In this document: positions 38,101-51,994 of the stretch, one piece after another
How the letters are laid out: the number at the start of each line of letters is the position of its first letter
How positions within the stretch are numbered: position 1 is the stretch's first letter
DNA from: Raja brachyura
Taxonomy: Eukaryota
Reading direction: 5' to 3'
DNA length: 64,000 bases
Assembly: GCA_963514005.1 (NCBI GenBank)
Contig: OY740814.1
Coordinates: 14,198,001-14,262,000 of the forward strand
Program-made: the position numbers and the translations under genes
Notes under the pieces: model-generated
The model's input: the letters and a program-made list of their open reading frames with translations, nothing else
Databases searched by the model: none
What the model was told of the DNA's origin: nothing

Positions 38101-41100
38101 GATGAAAATGTTTGCAACTTCCTGGAAGGTGGCAGGTAGGTGGTGCTAGAGAGAAGCGAGTTCCAGCAGAGAGCGATGGTTTACGGTGGGCCCCAGTCTT
38201 GGCATGAGACCAGTAACCAGAAATCGGTCACCCAACCCTTTAAGCCGCCACGCTGTCATCTAGATCATGGTGATCTTTACCTTGGCTGCATTTTCCGTCA
38301 GTCCCCACCTCGCTCAATACTCTTCCTGCTGAGAAACCTATCCATTTGTGTTTTGAATGAACTTGGAGACTAAATCTCTGCAACTGCCGAGAAAAATGAA
38401 TAACAAGATTTAACACCATTTGTGTGAATATATTTATCCTGCAGCCACTCTGGTGAATGTTCAGAAACCTGAGGGACAACATTTTCACACAGGGTGCTCG
38501 GGAAATGGAACAAGCTGCCAGTGGAGGTAGTTGAGGCCAGAACTATAACAACATTTAAGAGACATTTAGACAAGTACATGGTCAGGAAGGATGTCATTAA
38601 ACTAGAAAGGGTGCAAACAAAAAAGCTTTACAAGGATCCTGCCAGATGTGGAAAGTTTGAATTTGAAGGAGTGGCTGGATTAGGTGGATCTTTTTACACC
38701 GTAGACACAGGCATTACAGCCAAACATGTCCATGCCAACAAAGATGCCTACCTGAGCCAATCCCACTTGGCTGCGTTTGGCCTATATCTCTCTATTCCTA
38801 TCCAAGTAACTGTCCAACCATTCCTATCCAAGCAACTGTCCACCTGTCTTTCCATAGTTGTAATTGTAGCCACGTGTACCACTTCTTCCGACAGTTTGTT
38901 CCACTTATCCATCTCCCTCTGTGTGAAGAGGTTGCCCCACAAGTCCTTTCTAAATCTCTCCCGTCTTATCTTAAACCCATGCCCTCTAGTTTTAGACTCC
39001 CCTAACTCAGGACTGTGACCAACTACCTTATCAGTGCAAGATTTTTATATCTCATTAACGTCTCTCAATATCATACGCTCCAGGGAATAAGGCCCCAGCC
39101 TATCTAGAACGTCCTCATAACTCAAATCCTTCAGTTCCAGTAATGTCCTTGTGATTTTTTTTAATGCACCCTTTCCAGTGGAATCACATCCATCCTATAG
39201 GAGGGAAACAAGAAATGTATGCAATACTTCAAGTGTGGTGTCATCCACGACTTGTACATTTGTAATATGATATCCCAACTCCTGTACTCTGTGCCCTGAC
39301 TGCTGATGACAAGTGTGCCAAACGCTACCTTCTCCACCCTGTCGGCCTGTGCACCTATTTTCAGAGAACAAAGAATAAAGAACAATATATCATTTGCCTT
39401 CCAACATGCATATGTAGTTCCACAGCCTGACACTTGGGGCCCCTGCTAGAGAAAATATCTATAGCAAAGATCGGGCCAAGGGGATAAAATATCTCTAATG
39501 CATTCTGTGGATGAGTGCAGCTCCAGTAACGGAAGAAGCTGAATATCATCCAAGACAAAGCAATTCACTGTATTGGGACACCACCTACCACTGTAGACCC
39601 TCCCTCCCACCGCCGGCACAAAACGGCTGCAAAATACACAGCAGCTCCTTACCCAGCCTACTCCCACAGTCCTCGCAAACCTGCAACCTCTGCATGAAGG
39701 GCAGCAGGCATGTGCACATTCCCTCTAGGGAAGATGGTGAACTGACTTGCAAAATATGTTGTTATCCTTTCATCTCTGCTGGGACTGAGTATTAAACTCC
39801 CTCTTTAACGGCACCGTGAGAGCACCTTCACCGGTAATGCCCGTGGCTGGCAGCGTTAGGGAAAGGTGATAAATGCCGTCTTTGTCAGTAATGCTACATC
39901 CTAAAAACAATAAATAAACAAGACAAAGAGACATTCCTGGTCGAACTCTGGCTCATGTCTGCATCCATCCCTACTCCCTTCTTTTGGCACCTCCAATGCA
40001 GATGCAACAGGTACAGCTCCCTCCTTTTGCCTCTTTGTCTCATTATCCAGAGACACACCTTTTACTTTTTTAGTGCACTGCTTTTGATGTTTTTAATAGT
40101 AACCCAGCATAGGTTTGCAGAAACCTTTGTTGGTTAATCTTTCAAGGGCAATCTTGAGCTTCCAATTACCTTTCACATTGACCTCTCTACCTTTGGTCGC
40201 TCATGTTGATCCCAGGAAGCTCAATAGATAGCACCTCGTTTTCCAACTGGCTATATTGCAACCTCCCTGGTTTCAACACTGAAGTCAATAACTGATTCAG
40301 AAAATCAGCTACTTCACCAGCATCTCCCATTTTCACCGTTTGTTTGCTTTCCCTCTCCTCTTGTATCTTCCGATTGCATCCTTACACTCCTCTTGGCCTC
40401 TGCCCCAGACACATCCTTCTCTGTTCTCTGAGCATTACCCACCAGCTTCGGAAACCACCACGGGTGTCGGGCGATCTATCCTCACCTGCTCACATCATTT
40501 ATTTTTTGTCTCTCCACCTTTCCTTTCTCTGTAAATGTTTTTCCAGATTGCGCTGAAAGGTCCTTGACTGTCTTTCCCTGGACCGCTTCCCACAGGCTCT
40601 CTGATCTGCGCAGTAATATCAACAGTTTCCGTCTGTATTCGCTTTGATAAGGTGCCATCCATTTAATTTGAACTTCATCACCCACATCTTTATTGATGCA
40701 TTCCAGAATATTGCCAATAATTAGTTAGTTAGTCTAACTCCATGTTCCATGTTATTCTTTTTTAAATTACATTTTTTACTTTTTTCCCTTCTGGATTTTT
40801 TTTCTAAAAACTGGGGAATTTTGGAAGATCATCATTAATTAATCTGCAGTCTCAATAGCGACCTTGTGTGGAACCTTGAGCTGTGGCTCGTGAAGTCTGG
40901 GGGATCAGTTGCTTTTACTTCCTGTAGTTGCTTCACTTCTTTCTGTCTAATATGTTCACTGAACTCCTTATTGCAGTTGGGATTTGGGCTCTCCTCTGTT
41001 GATATCACAAATGGGGACAAAATATCTCAACGAAGCCTCAGCCGTATCTTACTTTCCACCCATTTTCTCCGGTTATTGTCTCAATTAGATCATTGTTGCT

Positions 41101-44100
41101 CCCTTTTTATGCCTGCATCTGACAGCAAGGCATTGCTCGTAACATTTATGAAGGCAATCTACCTACTTCCAACAAAGATATCTTGCTTCCCGTGATCTTC
41201 TTTGAGTTATTGTCTGCCATATTTGTATACTTGCCCTGTTTTTTCCCTTTGGTTTGTAATTGTCCCTGATTTGTTACAGTTTGATTGGAGGGTCAGATTA
41301 CAAGCTGATCTACCGACACTATGCCACCCTCTATTTCTTGTTCTGTGTCGACTCTTCGGAGAGCGAGTTGGGGATCCTGGATCTGATACAGGTTGGTGTT
41401 GATTCCATTCTTGTGGCTTACCTTCCTTATTCCTTTGGGATTGACTGGGAACGTCCCAGCTTGTCCATGCGTTCAGACCGCTAAACATTTGTGAGAAAAT
41501 AATTTACACCTCATCTGCCAGGATGTGAGGAGAGGTTGTATCTGCATCTCGGAGCACCTCACAGAGAAGGAAAATCCCACTGGAAGGAAAGAACTGGATA
41601 AACACTTCAAAGAATGCAGATCAATGTCTGACTGCACTTGTGTTAGCTATTAGGTAAAGTGAAGTTTAATAGATTGACCTGTTTGCTCATTACTGAAGAT
41701 CCCCTTGAATTTATTTGGATTGGTAGTGTTGGTATTGTCACAGTGAGTTTAATTCTCTTGCAAATCATTAATATATAAGACTACCATTCCCTGTCTCCTA
41801 CCACCAAGCTAATTTTGTATCTAATTGGCCAGTATCCGATGTATTCCAAACTTCTGGACCATTTGCGACCTTGTCAAAGGCTTTACTAAAGTCCATCTAG
41901 ATTACAATACAATACAATTTATTGTCATTTGAACCTCAAATGGAGTTCAAACGAAATTTGGTTTCTGCAGTCATACAACAAGAAAAAAACCAAGACACAC
42001 AATTTACACAAACATCCATCACAGTGAATCTCCTCCTCACTGTGATGGAAGGCAAAGTCATTATCTCACCCCTGTTTTCCATTCTTCTCCCGATGTTAAA
42101 GCCCCCGGCGGGCGATGGCAAGTCCCGCGGCCGTTAAAGCCGCGCCGGGCGATGTAAGGCCCTGCTCCGGGTCAATTTCAACCCCGCAATTCGGGCAGGA
42201 GAAGTTGCCGTTGCGGGAGCTCCGAAATGCGGTCTCCCACCAGGGACCCACGAGCTTCTGATGTCACCGTCCACCGGGCCTGCGGCTGGAGCCTCCGAAG
42301 CTCCAAAGTCGGGTCGCAGCAGCGCGTCACCACAGTTCTCCACGCTCCGAAGCCGGCCAGCTCCATGATGGTGAGTCCGCAGGCTCCGCGACTGGAGCCC
42401 CCAGGTCGTCCGGTTGGAGGCCGCTCCACAGTGCTAGGCCCCAACGACAACGGAGACCCGACAGGGAAAAGGTCAGGTACCCTATACAGGGAAGAGATTT
42501 GAAAGTTTCCCCCACCCCCTTACCCCCCCCCCCCCCCCCCACATATACACAGGTAAAAACAATGTATAAACTACAACCAAACTATGCACCCAACAGAATA
42601 AAAATGAATAAAAGACAGGCGGACTGCAGAGGCCGCTGCTGCCAGGGGCCGCCCTCTTATACAGATAACATCCAGAGACACAATTTTCCACATAGAAAAA
42701 CATTCTGATTGTTCTTATTCAGTTTTTTGGCTTTCCAAATGCAAATCTTCTTCAATAAATTTCTTACTAGAGCGTATAGTTCCTTGAATTTTCCTTGCAG
42801 CCCTGCATAATTAAAGGTTAATCATCCACCAGTCCTTTAGTACTTTCATTCACGTGGTGGATGAAAGTACAAAATCCTCTGTCAGGGTCCCAGCAAATTC
42901 CTCCCTCACTTTCCACACTGACCTGGGATATAGCAGGTCAGGCCCCAGGGATTTCACCGCGTCAAGAGCACCAGCATCTCTTCCCATGTAATGTCAGTAT
43001 GCTTCAGAATACCACTCTATGCCTTTTCCACTCACTCCCAATTTGCTTAATTGGCGAGTTATGTAAACTTGCATATAAGTATACAATTCACAATTATCCA
43101 TTTCCTGAATGACGAGAGTCATTGCAATGGGAGGATGGTCAGGGCTAAATCATCGTCCGGGTACGCTGCCTTTCCAGTTTCGACCACCGTCAGTGTGACA
43201 CTGGGAAGACTAGCGAGAATAGAGAAGACATTGGAGAGCAATTCCCTGCCAAGTTGTTGTCATCCTCCACAAGCTGCAGCAGCGAGCCTTTCTTCACCAG
43301 CTGCTGGTGTTATTGTGGCTCATGCTGCAGCCCCTGGATGGCAGTCAGCACTTTCTTCAGGCCACCGCCACTGACAGCTCGCGCACGGTCGCCACGCGCT
43401 CCCGCCCCTCCCACCAGCTGTCACTTCTTCCTGTCGGCCGTCGCTTTGTCCATTCCGCTGCCTCCTCCACCGCTGCCTTCTCTCCTGCAGTCACTGACAC
43501 TTCCCACCGTGACTCCGGGGAAAAGGAAAGAAGGGAAGTGGACAAAGTACAGGAAGAAACTGCAGCTGGTGAGAGAGGAGAGAGTCCCACAGTGACCGAG
43601 CACGTCCTGTCGGTTGCGGCAGCCTGGAGAAAGTGCTATCAGCCAGAGTTACAACGTGAGCCCCAACAACAGCCGCGTGAAGAAGTGCTTGCTGGTGCAG
43701 ACCAGTGGCATCGGCCCCTAGTTTTAAGGTGAAACGACACAAAGTGGTGGAGAAATCCTGAAGGAGGGTCCCACCCGAAACATCACATATCCATGTTCTC
43801 CAGAGATGCTGCCTGACCTGCTGAGATACTCCAGCACTTTGTGTCATTTTGTGTATCAACCAGCATCTGCAGTTCGTTGTTTCCACCTAGTTTTAAGGTG
43901 ATTCTGACTTGCGTTACTTTTACTGATTTTACTTGAAAGTTTCTATGTCCTTCGCCATGTCAAACACAGATGGGAAATATTCATTTAAGACCACGCCCAT
44001 CACCTGTGGCTCCACACGAAGATGACCACACTGATCCTTATGGGGACCTGCTCTCTCCCAAGTTGACCGTGTGCTTTTAATATACTTAAAGAATCTTTTT

Positions 44101-47100
44101 TATTCTCCTTTACCTTATTTGCACAGATTATCTACATCCTTATTTAGTTATTTCAGAGAAAAGACAGGGTTAGGTTGTGTCTTTATATGAAATTTGGTGA
44201 TTTTTACAGATCCTCAGAGTTATATAAACCAGAAAATATATCCTGAATTTCCATTGAATTAATCAAAGAGGAAGGCAGGAGAGGTTTGTAGAGGGCTGTT
44301 GACCAAAGTTTTGAATTTAAAAAAGAGCTTTTTGGAATGGAGAGGTAAGAATTTGCGATGGAAGTGTTTTAGAACAAAAATCTGGAGCATGCGTCTGTCT
44401 CTCAGCTGCCAGTGCAAGGAGGAAGGGAGCTGAGGTGGGTAATGGAGAACCTTGAATGAGCAGTTAGGAATTACCTTAATGCCAACTGGTCAATTTTGAG
44501 GAAATAAATTACAACACATGCCAACTGTTTGCATTGCAGTCAGCATTTCAGAAAGGAAAGAAACCAGTTTTATTTGTGACCTATAAATATATTTTAGCTG
44601 AAACTTAAATATTATAGTAATCAGGATGTGTTGTTTTATTATGCATCATCTATCTTAAGTAGTTATTTTAATATTTATGGTTCTATGACTCTGACAATCT
44701 GCAAAAACTGCTGAATTTCATTCCAATATGTAATCTAATCAAGTCCTTTCTCTCAAATGGTTTGATAAGGATGTGCATAGTAATCTATCCCTTTTACTGT
44801 TTCATGAATCAATGGCCTCGAGTTCATATCTTTCCATTGTCCATATCAGGTGGAATGGTTTTATTGATCAGATACTCCCAGATCAAAGGGGCATTTCTCG
44901 AATGATTGCAGAATGCTGTCCAATACATTATGGAGTCTAGCTGGTACAGCATTGGTGAAGACATAGAAGGTTCTTTACAGTGAGTCTTTCTGATTTTAAT
45001 AAAAATCGGCCACCCCCATCACCCCTCGGCTTGTCCTCACCTGCCCACCATTTTAGTAACCCAGTATTTGGCCCCTTACGGTTCAATAACAGCAGACATT
45101 AAAATTGATCTCTCGGGATATATCTGATTTTTATTTTGCCCAATTATGGAGTGCTGGGGATGGGGTGCTGCCTACTAATGTGCCACACTAAAGACAGCAA
45201 TTTCACTAAAACCTTGCCCTGGTATAAACAGCGGTAATGCTCTCTGTTATTTTCCCAAAGTCCACGTCAGTCATTGCTGCATTATTGTTATTGCGAATTA
45301 GGGCAGATTAGCAGATATTTTCTAAATGCCCATTTCCTTGTTCTTTGTCCCCTTGCTGACAGTTATTTTACACAACTGTACACCGAAGCATATTTGCACT
45401 GCAGTGTAGCTTTGGGTTTATAATATAGATCATAAAACAGTAATGCAGGGGAAGGGCCCACCATGTCTGTGCTGACTATGATACCTAATCTAACTGATTC
45501 CTTCTGCCGGCACATGGTCCATTTCCCTCTAATCCTTGCTGTTAATGTGTCTGTCTGAAAGCTTTTTAAACATCCCTATCCTATCTGCTTCCACCACCTC
45601 TCTTTGCAGCGTGCCCCAGAAACCTACAACTATTCTGTTTAAAATGTTTTTTTTAACTTGACTTCACATCTCCTTTATACTTTCCCCTTCTTCGATAAAG
45701 CTGTATGTATCCTTTCGTACTTGACATTCCCATACTAGAAACAAGATTCTGACAGTCTACTCAATCTATGCCTCTCATAATTATATATACTTCTAACAGA
45801 TAGCTCTTCACCCTCTGATACTCCAGAGAAAATAATCCAAGTTTGTACAACTTCTCCTTGCTCTCCAATCCAGGCAGCATCCTGGTGAACCTCTTCCGCA
45901 CCCTTTCCAGAGTCTTCAAATGCTTCCTATAATGTTTGACTGCACACAATAATCCAAATGCAGTGAAGCACCACTTGTCATCTTTTATACTTATTGTCCT
46001 GACAGATGAAGGCAATCACACCACAGTCTTCTTTACCACCCTATCCACTCGTGTTGCCACTTTTGTGAAGCAATGGACCTGTGCCCCAGGATCCTTCTGT
46101 ACATCCATGCACCCAAGTGTCCTGTCATTTACTGTATTCATTCCTCTTACATATGACCTCCGAATATGCATCACCTTGGACTTGTCTGCATTAAATTCCA
46201 TCTGCCATTTTTCTGCCCACATTCTCAACTGGTCTACATCCTAATTGTCTTCACGATGCCCAACTCCCCCAATTTTTGTGTCATCTGCAAACATAGACCA
46301 CCTATATTATCATCCAAAAATATCACTGATCACAGACCTCCTGTCAGAAAAACACCCCTCTTCTGCTATGTCTAAGAAATCTTGCCCTGGCTTTGTATGG
46401 GTGAACTGATGCTGACCAAGCTGGTATCACCAATCGCAGGTGGGCACAATGGATATTCCTCATGCTTGGATCAGGAGAGCAACAAAATCATTGAATCTTG
46501 CTGTGCTTGGCTTATCACACTCCCCACCTCTCTACGGCTGGGTAGATTCACCACTGCACTAACTTTCCCAGCTTACTCTCTTATGTGACCCAGTTCCTAA
46601 CACTCCTGCAACATCACCCTACAGCACCCCCACGCACTTTACCATGGAATTGTTCTGCTATGGAAGGAGGCAATTCAACCCAGTGAGTTTATACCAGCTC
46701 TAAGCAGAGCATTCCCATTGGTTTCTTTCCTGCACTCTTTCTTCATTGTCTGGCAAATTATGTTTGCATGTTCCTATCCATTTCCCTTTTGAATGCCTCG
46801 ATTGATTCCGTCTCCTACATCCACACTGACAGTGAATTCCAGATCCTGTCTGCTTTCTGGTAGAATTAGGTATTCTGCACACCCCCTTATGTATTTTGGC
46901 CTACGTTTTAAATCAACGTTCCTTTGTTTGTTAGTTCTCTGCTAATGGAAAGAGCTCCCTCTACTTCCCCGATCTAATTTATTCCTGTTCTTGAACACCT
47001 CATCAAATCCCTTCTCAATATTCTGTGCTCCAGGGAAAACAATTCCAGCTTCTCCTGTCTATTTATCCAGCTGATATCCCTCATCCCGAGATCGATTTCA

Positions 47101-50100
47101 GTAAATGCTTTCTGCACCCTTTCTGTGTAATAAGAGTTTTTCCTGAACAGTCCATGGCTCAAAGTGCTGTGGCCGGTAGCGCTATGTTCAGTGGCTGGTG
47201 GCGCTGTGTTTAAAACTTGTCATGCCAGGCCGATAGCGTTGTGTGCATTGCCTTGGGTGCCGAGTCTGTGGCCGTAGCACTTTGTTTCCATGGGGGGCCT
47301 CGCTCAGATGCAGGCCCCTACCATTGCAGTTTGAATTTGGAAGCGGTGCTCTTGGCCAGGACTTGATGGCGGTTATTTTCAACAGCTGATTCCTGCCAGT
47401 ATAAAGGCAGGCGCCGGTAAACCATTAGTTAGTTTTTGTACGAGAGGGGTTCACCGACGGGCTGGGTCGCATTCTACTTTAGAGTGTGACCATGGGATGT
47501 TGGATACATTGACACCAGTCAAGGGGATCAGGTGATTATTTCTGTTTTAATTTAGTTGCCAATCTCCCTTTAATCCGTGTATGGCATTGGAACACTGCCA
47601 GATTTATTAATTAAAAAAAGTAAAGGCCAGTAACTGGAGAACATTTAGAGAGAGTAACCCGAAACAAAATTGAACGTCTCCTGGAAAAATACAGATTATA
47701 AATGCAAAGCAGGACGCATCTGTTAACAAAATGAGGGTGTGTCTGGTTATTGCTCTGAATTTGCCCAAAGCTGGTGATCCAGCACCTTGTTTTTTGATCC
47801 TGTAATGGTGGTTGGTGTATTTAATTTCAGTAACATATCGATCTAATATCAACAGGTAGTGTTGGTACTAGTGACTGTGAAATGACTAAATTCTACTAGT
47901 TTCTTAATGTAACTTCAGAGAATACAAGAAAATAGCAGAAGGAGTGAGTGTCAGGCTCTGCTTACTCACTCTGGCCTTTGTAACTCCACTGTGATCGACT
48001 CCAGGCAATAACCTTTAGCATAGGCAGTCATGGCCACATCTTGTAAATAAAGCAATAAGATGCACAGCTCTATCAAAAAGACATTGCAGGATCAGTGGGG
48101 CTGAAATGGGCGTTATTACTTAGTGCAATTCTGAATCTAACTTGTTTATCTGAAGCGGCTTACTGCTTTACCTCTTTATCAGTTTTAGCAGCTGTGTGTA
48201 CTCAACACATTTGCTTGCTAATAGTTACCAATCTTCCCCAGACCAGAAACCAGTCTTTCTGGACTTATCTTTTCCTTTGTTTTCTTATTGGATGAGTATC
48301 TAAGGTGAAGTGAAAACGTGGTTTCTGAAATGTTCGGGGATTAAAGGGACATTTTTGAACTCAAATTTCATGATGCTGATTCAGTGTGGGTACCTTTGTA
48401 ACACAATCCACTGTTCATATTTTCAAATGGAGGTACAATGCGTGGTACAAAAAACTGTGGATAATTGTGTGTACACTGTTTTCTCTGAGCTTCAATTCAA
48501 TGTTAATCACATAACTGATAAATACTCCCAGTTTTAATAATGATACTGTGGTTGGCCTGACTTCAATGTTTGTAGTCAGACCTACCACTTTTGGCCTTCC
48601 TCTTCCCATATGTCTAAATTCGGTCAAAGCCCAATGGGCCATTCTACAACAATTGATTGTGGCGATGTGCACATCTAAAGCCAGGCCATCGTTCTGAGCA
48701 AAACGCCATTGTTGTTGGAAATCTAAATAAATACTGAAAATACAGATTAGGCAACGTCTGAGATAGAGAGATAGTTAACAATCCAGGCTCTTAAAGATTG
48801 TCAACCTGCAATGTGAATTGTTTCACTTCAAATGATACAGCTCGACTTGAGCATGGTTGAGCAAACTATGCAATGGCAATGGACATTTTATCCAATTGTG
48901 GTGGTCCAGAATCCTGTGTGAGTGCATTGTAGTCAAACAAATTGGATGGTGTTGGCATTGTCTGATCACGGAATAATACATTGCTGTTTCCTTCAGGTGT
49001 TTGTGGAAACATTGGACAAGTGTTTTGAAAACGTTTGTGAGCTAGATCTTATATTCCACATGGACAAGGTAAGTCTTCATCTGCTGCTGTTTATCCTGTT
49101 TTGAAATGTGCATAACTGTTTGGAATTCAGTTATATCACACCATTCATAGCTGATGGAATAGGAATGCTTGATAAATATTACTAAGAGCTTAGAAATATA
49201 TCTGGTTTAGTAAAATACTGAAGCTGATAACTACATACTGCATTAGTAGTACCGCGTTGATAGAGTTTAGAGCTTTTCAGTGTTAAATGTTCAGATCGGA
49301 TCAGCGCTGTGAAGGCTGTCAGATTAGCTTGCCTTGGTAACTTGGCATCTGTTCTCACAATGCAGTTCGACATAAAGCCTTCCATATAAATTGTGCATTG
49401 TTTACTTTGGATTGAGAATAAATGGAAGTACTCAAGACGAGAAGCTATCAGCCAGAACCCATGGATATTGTAGACAAACCCAGATTTTGCTGAACTCAGC
49501 CATGCGCAAGACTGCACGTTGGGTAATGTGTAGATTCTGTTTGCACTCCTGGAGCAGCACCACAGGGTCATTTTGTTTAATGAAACGCCTCTCCTCCACG
49601 TATGTCTCTGAGCATTCCTTACCACCTCGAGGGTAACGGTTTATCTCCTCCAACTGTTTCTTGCTTCTCGTTTACATTCCAGCAGTGTGTGTGAATCTCT
49701 TGGTGTTGTGTTGCTGCAGGCTTTACAACAGTTCACAGCTTCCCGCAGACTGTGGGAACAGAGGTTAGATTTTAAAAAGTGAAACTTTGCTCGAGATGCT
49801 TTTATAATAGAAATGTCTGTGCAGGCATTTGCTTTGTTTGGGTTTACTAGTACATTATGGTCAGGGTAAGCAAGCGATGTTTACTTATGCAGTCTCCCTG
49901 GTTGTTAGTGATTGAAGCAACAATTATAGTTGGATATCTTAAGGACCTAGTTCCCATCATTTAGAATATAAGCCCAGATTGTGTGAAATTTGCTTAAACT
50001 GATGTTTATTGGATGTTCTGCAGAAAGGATAACAATCACATTTTTGTACTCTGAATATAAGACTTTGCTGAATAAACAGGATTGTTTTAAAATGACATGA

Positions 50101-51940
50101 GGAGGTTTGGAAATATTCTATTAGTTTTTGTGGATTGTATACAAGAAATGCTTGTCAAGTGAGTAAGTATCAGTAATGTTGTCAACCATGGCTGATTAAT
50201 GTTTTCCTTGATAGCGTAAACTCTAAACGATGGGAAAAGGATGCATTAACCATGGTGATCAAGGATACATTCTTGTCTAAGTATTCTAAGACGTGACGAA
50301 GTTAGCAAACTTGTTTAAAGTCAAATAAGTTGGAAGTAAACAGCCTCATTGTTTACTTAACAAAATGTTTGCAATTGAGTCCTGAACAAATACAGTAGGT
50401 TGTGTAACTTTATTTGATGCTTGACACTAACAAAACTAATCGTAAAAAAGTGGGACATGCTTTTCAGGGATAAAGCGACAGAAGCCAGAACTGATGACGT
50501 TCGGCAGACAAATTAGTCACTGACACTGGATCCCAGATTTCTCCATCGAGGACCATGTGTGTACACACTCGTTGCAGCAGAGGTTCATGAAGACAGAGGG
50601 CATTCCCTCCCCTTCCCACAAATGGAACCCATAACCAGAGTTCCCTCAGTCCCTAGAGGCCTTGAGAAATGCTGGAGAAACTCAGCGGGTGAGGCAGCAT
50701 CTATGGAGCGAAGGACTAGGTGACGGTTCGGGTCGCGACCCTTCTTCAGCCAGAGACCCAGGTTCGATCCTGACCTCGAGTGCTGTCTGTGTGGAGTTTG
50801 CATGTTCTCCCTGTGATCGCATGGGTTGCCCCCCACATCCCCCCACATCCCACAAATGGAATCGTAACCAGAGCTTCCGCAGCTCCCAATCCACTTACGA
50901 TTCCCCTCCCACCGCAGATTGTGCTCGATCCACTGAGTTCCACCAACTTTGTTTTTTTCTCCAGATACTAAATTATCTGAAGTACAAGAATTCAATATTG
51001 AGACCAGAAGGCTGCAACATGCACGGACAGATGCTGTTCCTCAGCTCACATTCTGCTTTTATGAAAGTGCAGAAGGACACAGACCATGGGGTTAGAGTGG
51101 GACTGGGATGGAGAATTAAGGTGGCAGGCAACAGCTCGGGGTCCCCTGTGCAGACAGAACAGAGGTGCTAGGCAGAGTGTTCATCCAATCTCTGCTAGAT
51201 TTCTTCAGTGTGGAAGAGACCACATATGAGCACCAAGTGCAGTACATTAGATGGGAAGAGGTCTGTACTGAGTTTGTATGCACTTCCAGTGCTGCATGGG
51301 TTTTCTCTGGGTGCTCTGATTTCCTCCCACATTCCAAAGATGTGTAGGTTAATTGGCATCTGTAAAATTGTCCCTACTGCACAGGATGGAACTAGTGCAC
51401 GGGTGATTGCTGGTCGGCACAGACACTGAAGGACCTGTTTCCACCCTGTATCGCTAAACTAAAACTGAGTGGAAATAAACCATTGATTCACTTGGAAAGA
51501 CTGCTTTGGTTCTTGGATGTTGGGAAGGAGACGAATGAATGGTCAGATGTTGCATCAGCCATCGTTGTTGGGAATGTGCTGTGAGTGGCTGGTGTGGCTA
51601 ACAGATCAAAAGGCAATTTTTACCAAATTGAGAGATGGGTTGAGAGATGGTCATAGCTGAGGAGTCTGGAACAACTTGCAGGAGGATAGACACAAAATGC
51701 TGGAGTAACTCAGCGGGACAGGCAGCATCTCTGGAGACTTTTCGGGTCGAGACCCTTCCTCAGACCTGGGGATTTAGATCTGGGGAATATTGCAGGAGGA
51801 TATTCGTATACTTGAAGAACAGATAACTGATCGGTAAATTGCAATCAGCGCATAAATGTGAGGTGGTCATTTTGGTGGGAAGACTGAAGAGAGCACTTTT
51901 TAAACTTGTAAATGGGGCTGGGGGGGGTGGGTTATGGGAC

Positions 51941-51994
<54 letters not shown>

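Noticed and set aside
43051-43732. Several 100-140 aa ORFs in a GC-rich stretch
   Set aside because: No recognisable domain or clear splice framework; probably repeat-derived, left unclassified.
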